64,000 nucleotides of DNA from Octopus sinensis (Eukaryota): NCBI RefSeq assembly GCF_006345805.1, contig NC_043010.1, positions 18,724,001 to 18,788,000 on the forward strand. The letters are read 5' to 3'. The position numbers were made by a program, and so were the translations under genes. A model generated the notes under the pieces. It made no database searches and was not told the DNA's origin. It worked only from the letters and a program-made list of their open reading frames with translations. Positions 26,830-38,706 of the stretch are shown in pieces (the stretch's first letter is position 1; each line of letters opens with the position of its first letter).

Positions 26830-28000
26830 GGTGGTGGAAGACGGTGTTGGTGGCGTATGTTATGATGTATTCATAGGAGCCACTGGCTCATCTCTGATCG
26901 ACAATTGATTTTTCAGCTTGAGGTGGTGGATCAGTATAGCTTCTTTGATATGAAGATTTCCTGTGTTCCTCTCCGAAACTACTATGGAGGCGTCTTTCTC
27001 TTTGGTGGTATTTGCAGGAGGAAGACACATCTGTAGTGAAGTACTCCTTCATTTGGATGTGGAGGGTGGTTGGACTGTGATACTGATGTAACAGTTGTAT
27101 TTGGAGCATCATGTCTGGTATACTATATATGGAAGCACATGTTAGTGTTGTGAATGGGGTAGTGTTCAAGGCTGTTTTTCTGGGCATGACCACCTCATTG
27201 ATAAGGATGACCCTGAATGGTCCAGTAGGATGTAGAGGCCTTGTAAATGATGGAAGTGGTCTTCTCATTAAAGTGAGGAATCTACAAAAAGCAGGTCTTA
27301 GATCCTTCTTGCCATATTCTTTTGGCTTATGTTCATGTATGGAGTTAACAGATGTCGGATATCATCAGTTGGTGTCCAGTACCTTTAGGAACTGAGCAAC
27401 ATGTGTGTCCTGGCTGGTGCTGTCATTGCATCTCTTGTGTAGCTGATCTTAGCCATGATGGGGAGGGCCAATTTGCAATGGACAAAGAGGTCCTGGCAGG
27501 CTGATTTTTGGTGGAACACTTGTACCCAACAAGGTTAACTGATAATGGAATACAATGTGCTAAAAAAGCCAATTTAAATACAAATATGCTATCTTGCATC
27601 ACATAATCCAAGAAATACGGAGATGTGCCACATTATCCATCAAAATATTCTACTACTGAAGCAAAACCTGAGTATGAAAAGCAAAATGTTACCCACTAAA
27701 ACCACAACACTAACAGTCAAAGTATGGTTGCTCTCACTTGAACTGGCATCAACATTATAAAAGACATGGATAGAATTTTTATTGCCAGATCAAACTCTCG
27801 TCCAATTGCAAATGTTGCCTTAATATTCAATTATATGTTGCCTCTGTAATTACTTCAACAATGGCCTGCCTAGTTATACAGATCTTAAACTGGAGAAGTT
27901 ACCACATGCAACAGTGTTCAGATTGCCATAACTCTGTTTTGAGTGTTGCTCTTTCTAAAGCCAGCAGTGTATGTCACTTTTGGCTTTACTTCCATGAGAA
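26830..28000 (-). mobile_element. Degenerate Penelope-like element remnant
   Basis: Frameshifted GIY-YIG-like CYISIT/TLHIQMKEY, terminal HIKEAILI and upstream PYFLD-like RT-thumb motif; many stops. Confidence 0.5.
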
Positions 28001-28539
28001 AAGAATTTTCCTGTCTTTCTGAAGAAGCGTTTTTATTATAATTTATTTGTTCACAATGGGTATTTACTTCATCTTCAGTAAGTTCTCATATTTTTGTTAT
28101 AGTCACCTGTGGCACGTAAAAGCACCCACTACACTCACGGAGTGGTTGGTGTTAGGAAGGGCATCCAGCTGTAGAAACACTGCCAAATCAAGATTGAAGC
28201 CTGGTGCAGCCTCCTGGCTTCCCAGACCCCAGTCAAACCGTCCAACCATGCCAACATGGAAAACGGGCGTTAAACGATGGTGTAGTTAAGAGAAAGTAAA
28301 AGTTCCCATTATGGCATTCTTTTGTATTAATTGGACTCAGTTGACTGGTGGAGTCTTTGAAACTGCTACATTTGTAGATCGTATCTTCATACTGTGTATT
28401 TGAAATGAGATATCTGGTGTGTGGGCTAAATTCTACAGTTTGCATTAAAAGAAAAGAAAGCAGAATGTCTCAACCAAAAGTAATTAAAAAATATCAATTA
28501 GATTATGGCTGGGAAATAACTGTTTACTCAACATAACCA

Positions 28540-29010
28540 TCCGTGGCTTATGCTACAGCCTCAAGATAGCTCCAGATCCTGGTGCATTTATTTCCTTACT
28601 GTCCCTGGGAAGATCTTCAAACACATCCTTGATCTTGGTGTTGCAGGCAGAGTAGTTGGTGTCTTTCTCAACCATACCCCACACATAGAAAACCATGGGA
28701 TTACAATCAGGAGACCAGAAATTTGGGGCTAGTGAAGTCAGCAATTCTGCAATGACCACTTCTGACTCTATGGAAGTATGGCAATGAGCCAAATCCTGCT
28801 GCCACACATATGGCCTTCCAGCATAACCTTCTGCAGTCAGGGTTGGACCACAGCCTCCATCAGCTTCACATAGCGGTGTGAATTGAGCCTGAGGCTCTGT
28901 TACAAAGATGTGAGATGGCATGAGGCCACCCTCACTGGAAACACACTGAAAGACCATCACAGTTTTGGAGGAACTTGCTTTTCTTGATATCTGTGCCATG
29001 TCTTAAAGCC
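28540..29010 (-). mobile_element. Tc1/mariner-superfamily transposase remnant; related fragment at about 57230-57480 (+)
   Basis: VWQQDLAHCHT...FWSPDCNPMVFYVWGMVE resembles the catalytic-domain C-terminus (QD..P.H, SPD.NP). Confidence 0.65.
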
Positions 29011-31506
29011 TTTATGGTGTCCACAGAGTATTGAGCAGCAGTTACAATGTCAGCATTTGGACCCCCATTGGGAATCATCATAGTACAGGTAACTATTCTC
29101 CACTATTCAGGTGGCTTCCAATCCCCAATGTCAGCCAGTTTTTTCTCAACTACAACTTTAATATTTATGCTCCCCAACACCGTTGACTGTTCACTAATAC
29201 AGTAGGATGTTCCTGAAAAACAGAGATATGTGGAGACATAAAATTCATCAAATTTAACCTGAACAACACACACACACGTGTTTGTGCATATAATAGAAGT
29301 GAGTACAGGTTTATATATACAGACATCAGGACTTTATAAACTTTTGAGAGAACACCCAAAATACTTCTTTTTTGAAACAGGATCTTGAAACACATAAATC
29401 TATAAATAATGGCACACAAATATTGGGTTGAAAAATCCTTCCAGATAGAAAAAGTTGAAGGCAGCCACATGTCCAGGTTTAAATGTTGTGGAAGTGACCC
29501 CCACCTCTGTGTATATTGAATATTAGAGTAGTTTCCCTTTAAATATTTTGAATTCTTTACTAACTTTCAAATCTAAGTTACTGAAACACTCGACATATTT
29601 TGGGGAAGAGCTTCGCATCAAGGCCTACAATATGAACATTAAGAATTTCAAAGCTATGGTGAGTGATTTAGAAGCACCATCATATATAGGCTTCTCTTTC
29701 TCTCCCTCCCCCCCTCTATCTCTATATATAGTCACCATGATTGACTGCTAAATCCACAAGTTTTTTTCTTCACTTTCTGTTGAAGTGTGTAGGCTTGAAA
29801 TGTAAAAGACTTTCTCAACTTCTCAAGCATCAAACTAATACACCTGCTTGTTGTTTATAAACCTGTCTTCGTCTTTTGTTTTTCTGTAAATTTCAACTAT
29901 ATAATACTATTCCACAGCCATACCAATAATCCAACATACCTCCATCATCAGCTGCCCATGCATATATCATTATGGTTTCGACACTTGGGCAGTACCATTC
30001 AATCTGGTGGTGTCAACAGCACTATTATTTAATATACACAATTACAAAAGAGGTGCTGATAGTTTTATACTTTACGGTACATTGAATTAGCAGATTTATA
30101 CAACATTTTCTCCTAGTTCAGCCTCCTGGTTTTTAAATACATCTAATGTTATGAACTGAGTCGGAAAGATGGCATGAAGATACATGGCATATTATGCAAA
30201 TCTGTCAATTTAATGTATCTTGAAACTATTAATAGCTCTTTTGTAATTGTGTGTATTAAATAATATTCATCTCTGACTGAATGGAGTTCTTTTTTTGCTG
30301 ATCCTACCTATATTGAAACTGTAAACTATGTATGTGTGTGTATATATATATATGTATATATATATACACACACACACATGCACACAATAATTTGATCTCA
30401 CCAAAGGCCAAGCTGAAAAGCTAAAAAGAACGCTGTTGGTGAATATTAAAAACAAAATATACAAAGAGCTAAGCGAGCAAGAAAAACGCAAACGTATATT
30501 TTTAAGAGAAATTAAAAAAACATCATGACACAAACAGAGAGAACCACACTTATGAATATAATATATGCAACTACAGAATCTCCTACTTCCTCTCAATGAT
30601 CATACGCCCTATAATCCGGATGTCACCTGATGTTTGTGACAGCACGGAAGATCTCCTCAGCAGGATCAACGACTGTAACAACAGTTTGTTTGTGGGCTAA
30701 ATCTACACACAGTACAATACCTATCCGTACAGGGGATTCTACTAAAAGGGTAGGTTCTACCGATTATGGATTTGATAGGGTTGCCTGGCTTTTCAACAAC
30801 CTTAATCCGTACTATGTTTACATACATACATAATAATAATAATGATAATAGTAATAATAATGATAATAATAAGTGGGTGTAAACACATGAACAAAATAAG
30901 AATAAACAAAAACATATTACACGAACGTATATAAACAGGAGATACAAATATTACAGGCATTCCCCCCCCCACACACACACACTAACTAAACATAGACGCA
31001 CATAGAGATATACACATGCGCAAATGAAGACATACAAAAGAAATACAAAATGGCTGACGGTTAGTAAGGAGAGACACAAATAAGAAAGAAGAAAACAAAG
31101 GACCACTGATGCGGTCACAGGAGTGTGACGAAAGAAGTCTGGCCGAAATAAGATTAAGATTAATGTAAAAAATAAATAACGCTGAAGCAAAGTAACACCA
31201 AATATATAGTGTGTGTGTTTTTATTGGCTAAACTGGCAAAATGACCATTCCTAAATACAACAATATATATATATATCATCATCACCATCATTGTTCAACG
31301 TCCGTTTTCCATGCTAGCATGGGTTGGACGGTTTGACCGGGGTCTGGGAAGCCAGGAGGCTGCACCAGGCTCCAGTCTGATCTGTCAGTCTTTCTACAGC
31401 AGATGCCCTTCCTAACGCCAACCACTCCGCGAATGTAGTGGGTGCTTTTTATGTGCCAGGGGAGGCTGACAGCGTCCATGATTGGTTGGTGCTTTTTACG
31501 TGCCAC

Positions 31507-31539
<33 letters not shown>

Positions 31540-31545
<6 letters not shown>

Positions 31546-31627
31546 GGGTGTATGAAAAGTCTTGAGCCTCAGAAAAACAAAATGTTACAAGACTTCAAGG
31601 TTCAAAACTTTTCATACACCCCTCATA
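31540..31627. mobile_element. 88-bp mariner-type mini-MITE
   Basis: Perfect 21-bp inverted termini TATGAGGGGTGTATGAAAAGT (including TA), extending imperfectly to about 30 bp. Confidence 0.85.
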
Positions 31628-32124
31628 TGTACAGATAGATTTGTGTGTGTGTGTATATATGAAGTGGTTGGCATTAGGAAAGGCATCCGGCCATAGAAAC
31701 CATGTCAAATCAGAATGAAATAATCCAACCCATGCCAGCATGGACAACAGACATTAAATGATGATGATGATACATACGTGTGTATATAAACTGTTAATCC
31801 CTAAACATCTTTTTCTCTCTCTGTGTTTTTTTTTTCATTCTCTTTCCTTTTTTCCTCTTAATCTTTTCTGTTGAAGAGCCTAGGCTTGAAATGTAAAAGA
31901 CTTTTCCATTCTTCCCAAGCATTAAACACCTGCTTGTTATTCCTACACTGGTCTTCATTTTTTGCTTTCTGTAAATTTGAACTATAAGTATATATATATA
32001 GTTTGATGATGCAAATGATTGGCAGAAGTTTGTGACTCAAGAGCTTAGATAATACAGTTCTATATTTAAGAGATGAGGAATTATTTACATTTGACGGATA
32101 TTTGTCCTCATCTTGTTTGTTGTT

Positions 32125-32170
32125 AACACAACGTTTCGGCTGATATACCCTCCAGCCTTCTTCAGGTGTC
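32125..32170 (-). ncRNA. Putative minimal type I hammerhead ribozyme motif
   Basis: GACAC-CUGAAGA-A-GGCUG(GAGGGUAUAU)CAGCC-GAAAC-GUU-GUGUU: catalytic core boxes, 5-bp stem I, 5-bp stem II, loopless palindromic stem III. Activity untested. Confidence 0.6.
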
Positions 32171-32373
32171 TTGGGGAAATTTCGAACCTGGGTTCTCATT
32201 CCTAAGGTATTTTTTGATGTTATTATTATCTGGCATAGGGGTTAAGAGTATGGGTTACTAACCCCAAGATTCCGAGTTTGATTCCAGGCAGTGGCGTGAA
32301 TAATAATAATAATAATAACAACAACATCAAAAAATACCTTAGGAATGAGAACCCAGGTTCGAAATTTCCCCAA

Positions 32374-32419
32374 GACACCTGATGAAAGCTGGAGGGTATA
32401 TCAGCTGAAACATTGTGTT
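32374..32419 (+). ncRNA. Putative minimal hammerhead motif, second copy
   Basis: GACAC-CUGAUGA-A-AGCUG(GAGGGUAUAU)CAGCU-GAAAC-AUU-GUGUU; the C-G pair of stem III is broken (C.A). Confidence 0.45.
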
Positions 32420-33987
32420 AACAACAAACAAGATGAGGACAAATATCTGTCAAATGTAAATAATGTCAAGAGCTTGGAGTTGTGCATTGGCGCTTACTAC
32501 ATTGATTTGTGCCAATCCTTGGAACCTCAAGTTACTCTCTAGCTTCTACTGATTATTAATAATGATAATCTTTTCTGATATAGGCAAAAGAACTGAAGTT
32601 TTTTGTGAGGGTTGCCAGTCAATTGCCTGCAATGCCCTCTCCTCTCTCAAAGGATCTTTGTTTTGCAAGTTACTTGGTGGCCCTACCAGTTCTGATGCCA
32701 CATAAAAAGCACCCTGTCTACACACACTGTAAAACGGTTAGTGTTTGGAAGGTGATCCAGCTGTAAAAACCATGTGAAAACAGACACTGAAGCCTGGTGT
32801 AATCTTCTGCCTGGTCATCTCCTGTCAAACCATCCAACCCATGCCAGCATGGAAAACAGACGTTAAATGAGGATGATGATAAAATACATCTGTTTTCCGT
32901 TTTGGCATGGGTTGGACGGTTTGATAGAGTCCAGTGAGGCCCAGAACCACGTTAAGATCCAGTGTCATTTTTGGTATGATCCCTACAACCGGTTGCTCTT
33001 CCCAACACCAACCACTTTCTTATGTGTACTGGTGCTTTATTTTATCAAGCCACTCGCACAAATGTGGTTGCCAAGTAAATTGCAAGATGAGAAAAGAACA
33101 AGAAAAAGCCCCCCCCCCCCAACTAAGTAGGGGGAGTATTTAAGAAGGGGTTGGTTTTATGCCATGTGTTGAGAAGCTAAGCTATGATAGAGGGACAAGG
33201 AAAGGTGTTTTGGCACAAAGGAGACACACGGCTATCCTGGACGGCAGGAATAGCTAGAAAGAAATATTATAAGTTGGTGTGCTTCGAGGAAAAGTTAGTT
33301 CTCGACAGAAGTATTTTCATAAGAAACGAGAAGAACGATGTTGAACTTTTATCACAGCTGTCCAACAAACTTTATATTATAATTTTCCAAGATGGAGCCA
33401 GGCAGAAACATGAAACACGCATTTCCTCACGGTACAAAAACTCTTCTTGATTTATACACACACACATCTTTATAAAGACATACATCAGTCAATGTACTCG
33501 TCTTTTCTCAGGAAAAAATTATTCCAAAGACAAAATACGAAACAAATGCTACCAAAACAACGACTGCCTCTGTTACAGCACGTGACATTCGGTGTTGTTG
33601 TTTTAGTGTCCCCTCTCATTTTTAATCGTCCTCCACACTTTGGATCCCAGAAACTATTTCCAGTGTCTATGTTGCACTTCAAACTAAACTGTCAGTTTGT
33701 CCTCTCGTTGCGCTCTTACTTTTCGATGCCTGCTTTGCTTGTAAACAGTTTAGTGTCAAGAAAAACACATCACCGGCTGACTGTCATTGGTTTAACATCA
33801 ATTTTCTCCAACAGGATCGAAACACGTCCTTTTGCTTTTACATGGAACTGAACTCTCTCCATCATTTCTTTCTTTCGTCTAATTTTTTGGTTCATTTCTG
33901 AAGCCGTTGACTATCGGTCATCTTCTACAGCTCAGTTTTAGAAACGAGCTAGCTCCAAATCAAATCTGATAAACTGAAAGCGAAGCT

Positions 33988-34473
33988 ATGAAATGGCGGC
34001 CAGTGTCCTTGCTGACCAAATTTGGCCGTTTTTCTTTCACTCTCGTCCAGGTAGGTTGTATGGCTTACTGTGTGAACAGCTATATCGGCAGTGTGGTTTA
34101 CTGCTCCGGACCATCTATGGAACCAACAATAATCAATCGAGACATTGTCCTCACTGAACAGATCTCGGTGAGACGAAACAGGCTCCATAAAGGTGACGTC
34201 GTTGTTTCTGTCTCTCCCGAGAATCCTAAATCGTTCATCTGTAAAAGACTTGTGGCCTTCGAGGGCGACTGCATCTTCAACGACATTGACAACTCTTTCC
34301 AGTACGTACCCCGTGGACATGTCTGGTTGGAAGGGGACAACAAGTCAAACTCAAGTGACTCGCGTTTCTACGGACCAGTTCCTTATGGACTGTTGAAGGG
34401 CAGAGTATGCCTCAAGATCTGGCCTCTCTTTAAATTCGGCAAGCTACCGTATTGTCCAGACAATATAGACTGA
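33988..34473 (+). CDS. IMMP1L: Mitochondrial inner membrane protease subunit 1 (S26 peptidase), single coding exon
   Basis: 161-aa ORF with GPSMEPT (catalytic Ser), ICKRLV (catalytic Lys) and VPRGHVWLEGDNxxNSxDSRxYGPVPYGL. No intron in the CDS. Confidence 0.95.
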   Translation: MKWRPVSLLTKFGRFSFTLVQVGCMAYCVNSYIGSVVYCSGPSMEPTIINRDIVLTEQISVRRNRLHKGDVVVSVSPENPKSFICKRLVAFEGDCIFNDIDNSFQYVPRGHVWLEGDNKSNSSDSRFYGPVPYGLLKGRVCLKIWPLFKFGKLPYCPDNID

Positions 34474-34527
34474 TGGAATTGATGGGACATTTTTCTTTAT
34501 AATCTATCTACCTATCTGTCTGTTTAT

Positions 34528-34529
<2 letters not shown>

Positions 34530-34569
<40 letters not shown>

Positions 34570-34694
34570 AATTGAGATAGGGGTTGTAAATGCAACCCTA
34601 TATACATATATATGCATATATATACATATATATATATATATATACTTATATATATATATACTATATATATATATATATATTATATATATATACT

Positions 34695-34728
<34 letters not shown>

Positions 34729-34758
34729 CTTATATATATACATATATATATATATACT

Positions 34759-34820
<62 letters not shown>

Positions 34821-34842
34821 ATATATATATATATATATACAC

Positions 34843-34879
<37 letters not shown>

Positions 34880-34890
34880 ATATATATATA
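34530..34890. repeat. Compound (TA)n microsatellite, representative of many
   Basis: Direct inspection; similar tracts at about 24850-24910, 38580-38705 and 59620-59880. Confidence 0.95.
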
Positions 34891-37337
34891 AACAATGTGT
34901 GAGTGCTTTTCTAATGAAGACTTGTTTGTTTAGTCCCTGGTCATCCCCGATTGAACAGATCTAGGGGATCAAAGGTGTTCCAGCTGTGAAAATACTATTT
35001 TATTGATGATTTTAAAAAAAAATTCAGACCATGTATTTTGGACTACGTTAAATGTGTTCTTAGCGTTTTATTTAACATGGTAGAGTGTAATCTGAGGGGC
35101 ATTTGGCTGATGTTTCTAGCAGTCTTATTGAGCCTGCGAAGGTTACATTGATAGGTGTTTCCATATTTGTGTATCGTGTTTATAGGTAACCCATTCATGT
35201 ACCTGAGCAATCCTAGCTGTATATTTGAATTTACGCACACACACACACAGATGCATGTATGTATATATAGATGTATATATGTTGGTAGTATGTTATCATC
35301 ATCGTTTAACGTCCGTTTTCCATGCTAGCATGGGGTCTGGGAAGCCAGGAGACTGCACTAGGCTCCAGTCTGATCTGGCAGTGTTTCTACAGCTGGATAC
35401 CTTCCTAACGCCAACCACTCTGTGAGTGTAGTGGGTGCTTTTTACGTGCCACCGGCACAGGTGCCAGGGGAGGCTGGCGACGGTCGGTTGGTGCTTTTTA
35501 TATGCCACCTGCACGGAAGCCAGTCAAGGTGGTGCTGGCATCGGCCACGTACAGATGGTGCATTTTACGTGCCACCGGCACACTAGTCAAGACCAGTAAA
35601 ATAGTAGTCATGGCCGATGCCAGTGCTGTGTGACTGACACTCTTGTCGGTGGAATGTAAAAGGCACTGAACGTTGGGCCTCATGAAGGCAATGACAGGTG
35701 ACCGAGGCTGTTCGCAATATACCTTTCTTGAGAAAACCTGTTGAGCCAAGTGAGATCGTAGTCGTGGCCAATGCTGGTATCAGGTAACTGACACCCGTGC
35801 CAGTGGCATGTAAAAAGCATCCACTACATTCTTGGAGTTGTTGGCATTAGGAAGGGCATCCAACCAGAGACCATTCCAAACCAGACTGGAACCTGGTGCT
35901 GCTCTCCAACTTTCCAGTTTTCAGTCAAACTGTCCAACCCATGCCAACATGGAAAATGGATGTTAAGTGATGATGATGATGATATATGTTTATATTAGTA
36001 TCTGTGTGTGTGTGGAGGCACATGGATACGATGTTGCACTCCTGGTTGCAAGAGAGTGGTTTCAATTCCCAGGCTGGCAGTCTGCTGTGTTCTTGAGGAA
36101 AAACACTGGAATTTACATTGCTCCAGTTTATTCAACCATGTATGGGGAACTGAGACAGGCTAAAGTTTAGCTCCGGTGAAATGCTGGTCCTCCCTCCTCA
36201 CCAGTGGAGTGGCAGCAGTACGATAATGGCAACAAGTGCATTGTGATGAGCAGTGTACTATGGCATTCAATAGTATGGTTGATGCAAGTGATAAATATGC
36301 ATGTGTGTGTGTATCAATCATCATCATTTAACGTCTGTTTTCCATGCTGGCATGGGTTGGATGGTTTGACAAGGTGACGAGCTGGCAGAAACGTTAGCAC
36401 GCCAGGCGAAATGTTTTGTGGTATTTTGTCCGCCACTACGTTCTGAGTTCAAATTCCGCCGAGGTCGACTTTGTCTTTCATCCTTTTGGGGTCAATTAAA
36501 TAAGTACCAGTTATGCACTGGAGTCGATATAATCGACTTAATCCGTTTGTCTGTCCATGTTTGTCCCTTCTGTGTTTAGCCCCTTGTGGGTACAGGGCTA
36601 GAGAGCAGCACCAGCTTCTGAGATTGTTTTACCATTTTTTTCTGTAGCTGGATGCCCTTCCTGATGCCAACCATTTCACAGTCGACTGAGTGCTTTTTAT
36701 GTGATACCTGCATATTTATATTTATGCGTCATCATTTAATGTCTACTTTTCCATGCTGGTATGGGTTGGACAAAGTCTGTGGCTGGATGTTCTTCCTGTT
36801 GTCAACCCTCACCTGTTTCCAAGAGAAGTAATATTTCCCTACATGGCAAGACATGTTTCTGTGGAAGATCAGAAATGAACAACTCTGCTTGTATGACAGT
36901 GACACTCATTTACAACTGTCATTCAGTCTCAAGACAAGCAGACACAAACACACACACATACATATATACAATGGGCTTTCAGTTTCTGTTGACCGATTCC
37001 ACTTGTAAGGTATTGGACAACCTAGGGTTATAGAAGAAGACACTTGCTCAAGGTGCCATGTGGTGGGATTGAACATGAGACCACATCGTTGAGAAGTAAA
37101 TATATATACCTATTTCTTTACTACCCACAAGGGGCTAAGCACAGAGAGGACAGACAAACGGATTAAGTCGATTATATCGACCCCAGTGCGTAACTGGTAC
37201 TTATTTAATCGACCCTGAAAGGATGAAAGACAAAGTCGACCTCGGCGGAATTTGAACTCAGAACGTAACGGCAGACGAAATACCACTAAGCATTTTGCCT
37301 GGCACGCTAACGTTTCTGCCAGCTCGCCGCCTTCATA

Positions 37338-37510
37338 AGCACAATAAACACATGCATCATACACTGTGATTCATCGTGGGCTTCTGCTACTGATACGGTA
37401 TATATATTTACTTATATACCGTATCAGTAGCAGAAGCCCAGTTGATCTCCAAGCGAATAAAAACAAAACCACGATGAATCACAGTGTATGATGCATGTGT
37501 TTATTGTGCT
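37338..37510. repeat. Compound perfect hairpin (42-bp outer and 28-bp inner stems)
   Basis: 37338-37379 = revcomp of 37469-37510; 37377-37404 = revcomp of 37413-37440. Confidence 0.95.
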
Positions 37511-38581
37511 CGAAGATGCACACAGGTTTGCAGCATATTCTCCTGTGCATCCATTTTAGTAACTGTGATGAAACACCCATCAACACATCGAGTGTATACA
37601 GTAAATAAGTATTATAGACACAAGTGTGGCTGTGTGGTAAGAAGCTTGCTTCCCAATCACATGGTTCTGGGTTTAGTCCTACTGCGTGGCACTGAGAGGT
37701 TTAAATAGTTTCTGTTACCTTGGTGACCTAATTAACAAATGAGGAGAGTGCCCTGAAAATATAGTTGTGGGACTAAGAATAGGAAGGAGAATGTTCCAAG
37801 AACTTTTACCTCTGTGGATAACAAACGATCTCTCAGCGTGAAAGGCAGATTGTATGATGTGTGTGTAAAGACAGCATTGCTACTTGGTTGTGAAATGTGG
37901 GCTGTGAATGTAGAAGATGTGAAATGAAACCATCTGGATGGGTGGTATCAGTGTGCATGTACAAAGTGTGTGAGGGGAAAACTGGGCATAGGCAGCATCT
38001 GATGTGCAACGGTGAAGATTGAACTGGTAAGGTCATGTGGTGCTTATGGATGAGTGTGGGTGTGTGTTTATATAATGCCCAAACATAGATGTATTTAGGG
38101 AGGTGGAGTGAGTGTCAATGAGGATGTAAACTGATGCTTTGTTTACCTTTCCTGTCAATCTGTCAGTGTATGTTGGCATATGATGGTCAGGTGAGACACA
38201 CACACACACCCAACTTATCCACCAATTAACATCTCCATTTCTGTTACCTTTATCCTCCACCACCACCATAGCCACCTGTGTAAAGCAGGGTACAACCGAA
38301 CAGTGTAGCACAACTCTACTGTGTAGGGCAGTACAGTGTATAACTGCTGCAGTATATTACAGAACTGGGCTTGACTACGTAACTGTTGCTTTATGTGACA
38401 GTGTGTAAATCTATGTTTGTGAGAATGTATGTGTGTGTGTGTGTGTGTGCTTGTTACAGGTTCAGTCTCACTACTTGGCAAGTGTCTTCTGCTATTGTGA
38501 AACTGCTAAGTAATGGGGATGTAGATACACACATACATAAATATGTATATATGTGTTTGGATGTATGTATGTATATGTATG

Positions 38582-38641
<60 letters not shown>

Positions 38642-38667
38642 TATACATATGTATGCATATAGATATA

Positions 38668-38706
<39 letters not shown>

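Larger units (their letters stand above)
32047..32465. mobile_element. Composite element: inverted Penelope-LTR-like arm, tRNA-like head, (TAA)n, second arm; 10-bp TSD
   Basis: Arms 32047-32229 (-) and 32324-32465 (+) are inverted. A-box-like TGGCATAGGGG at 32231, B-box-like GTTTGATTCC at 32276. TCAAGAGCTT at 32037-32046 and 32466-32475. Confidence 0.75.

Noticed and set aside
30600-30830. Repeat-free, coding-looking patch with short ORFs on both strands
   Set aside because: No recognisable motif and no partner exons could be linked; left unannotated, and needs BLASTx or RNA-seq.
32231-32300. Possible tRNA gene
   Set aside because: A/B boxes and an anticodon-like stem are present, but no convincing acceptor stem; it runs into (TAA)n within a TSD-flanked repeat, so it is treated as a SINE head.
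33949-34320. 123-aa antisense ORF over IMMP1L
   Set aside because: Shadow frame of a real CDS with no recognisable motif.
34504-34964. ORFs rich in YI, HT, VC or SL/RE dipeptides (also 18345-18674, 38386-38786, 59454-59973, 60468-60984)
   Set aside because: These are translations of microsatellites.
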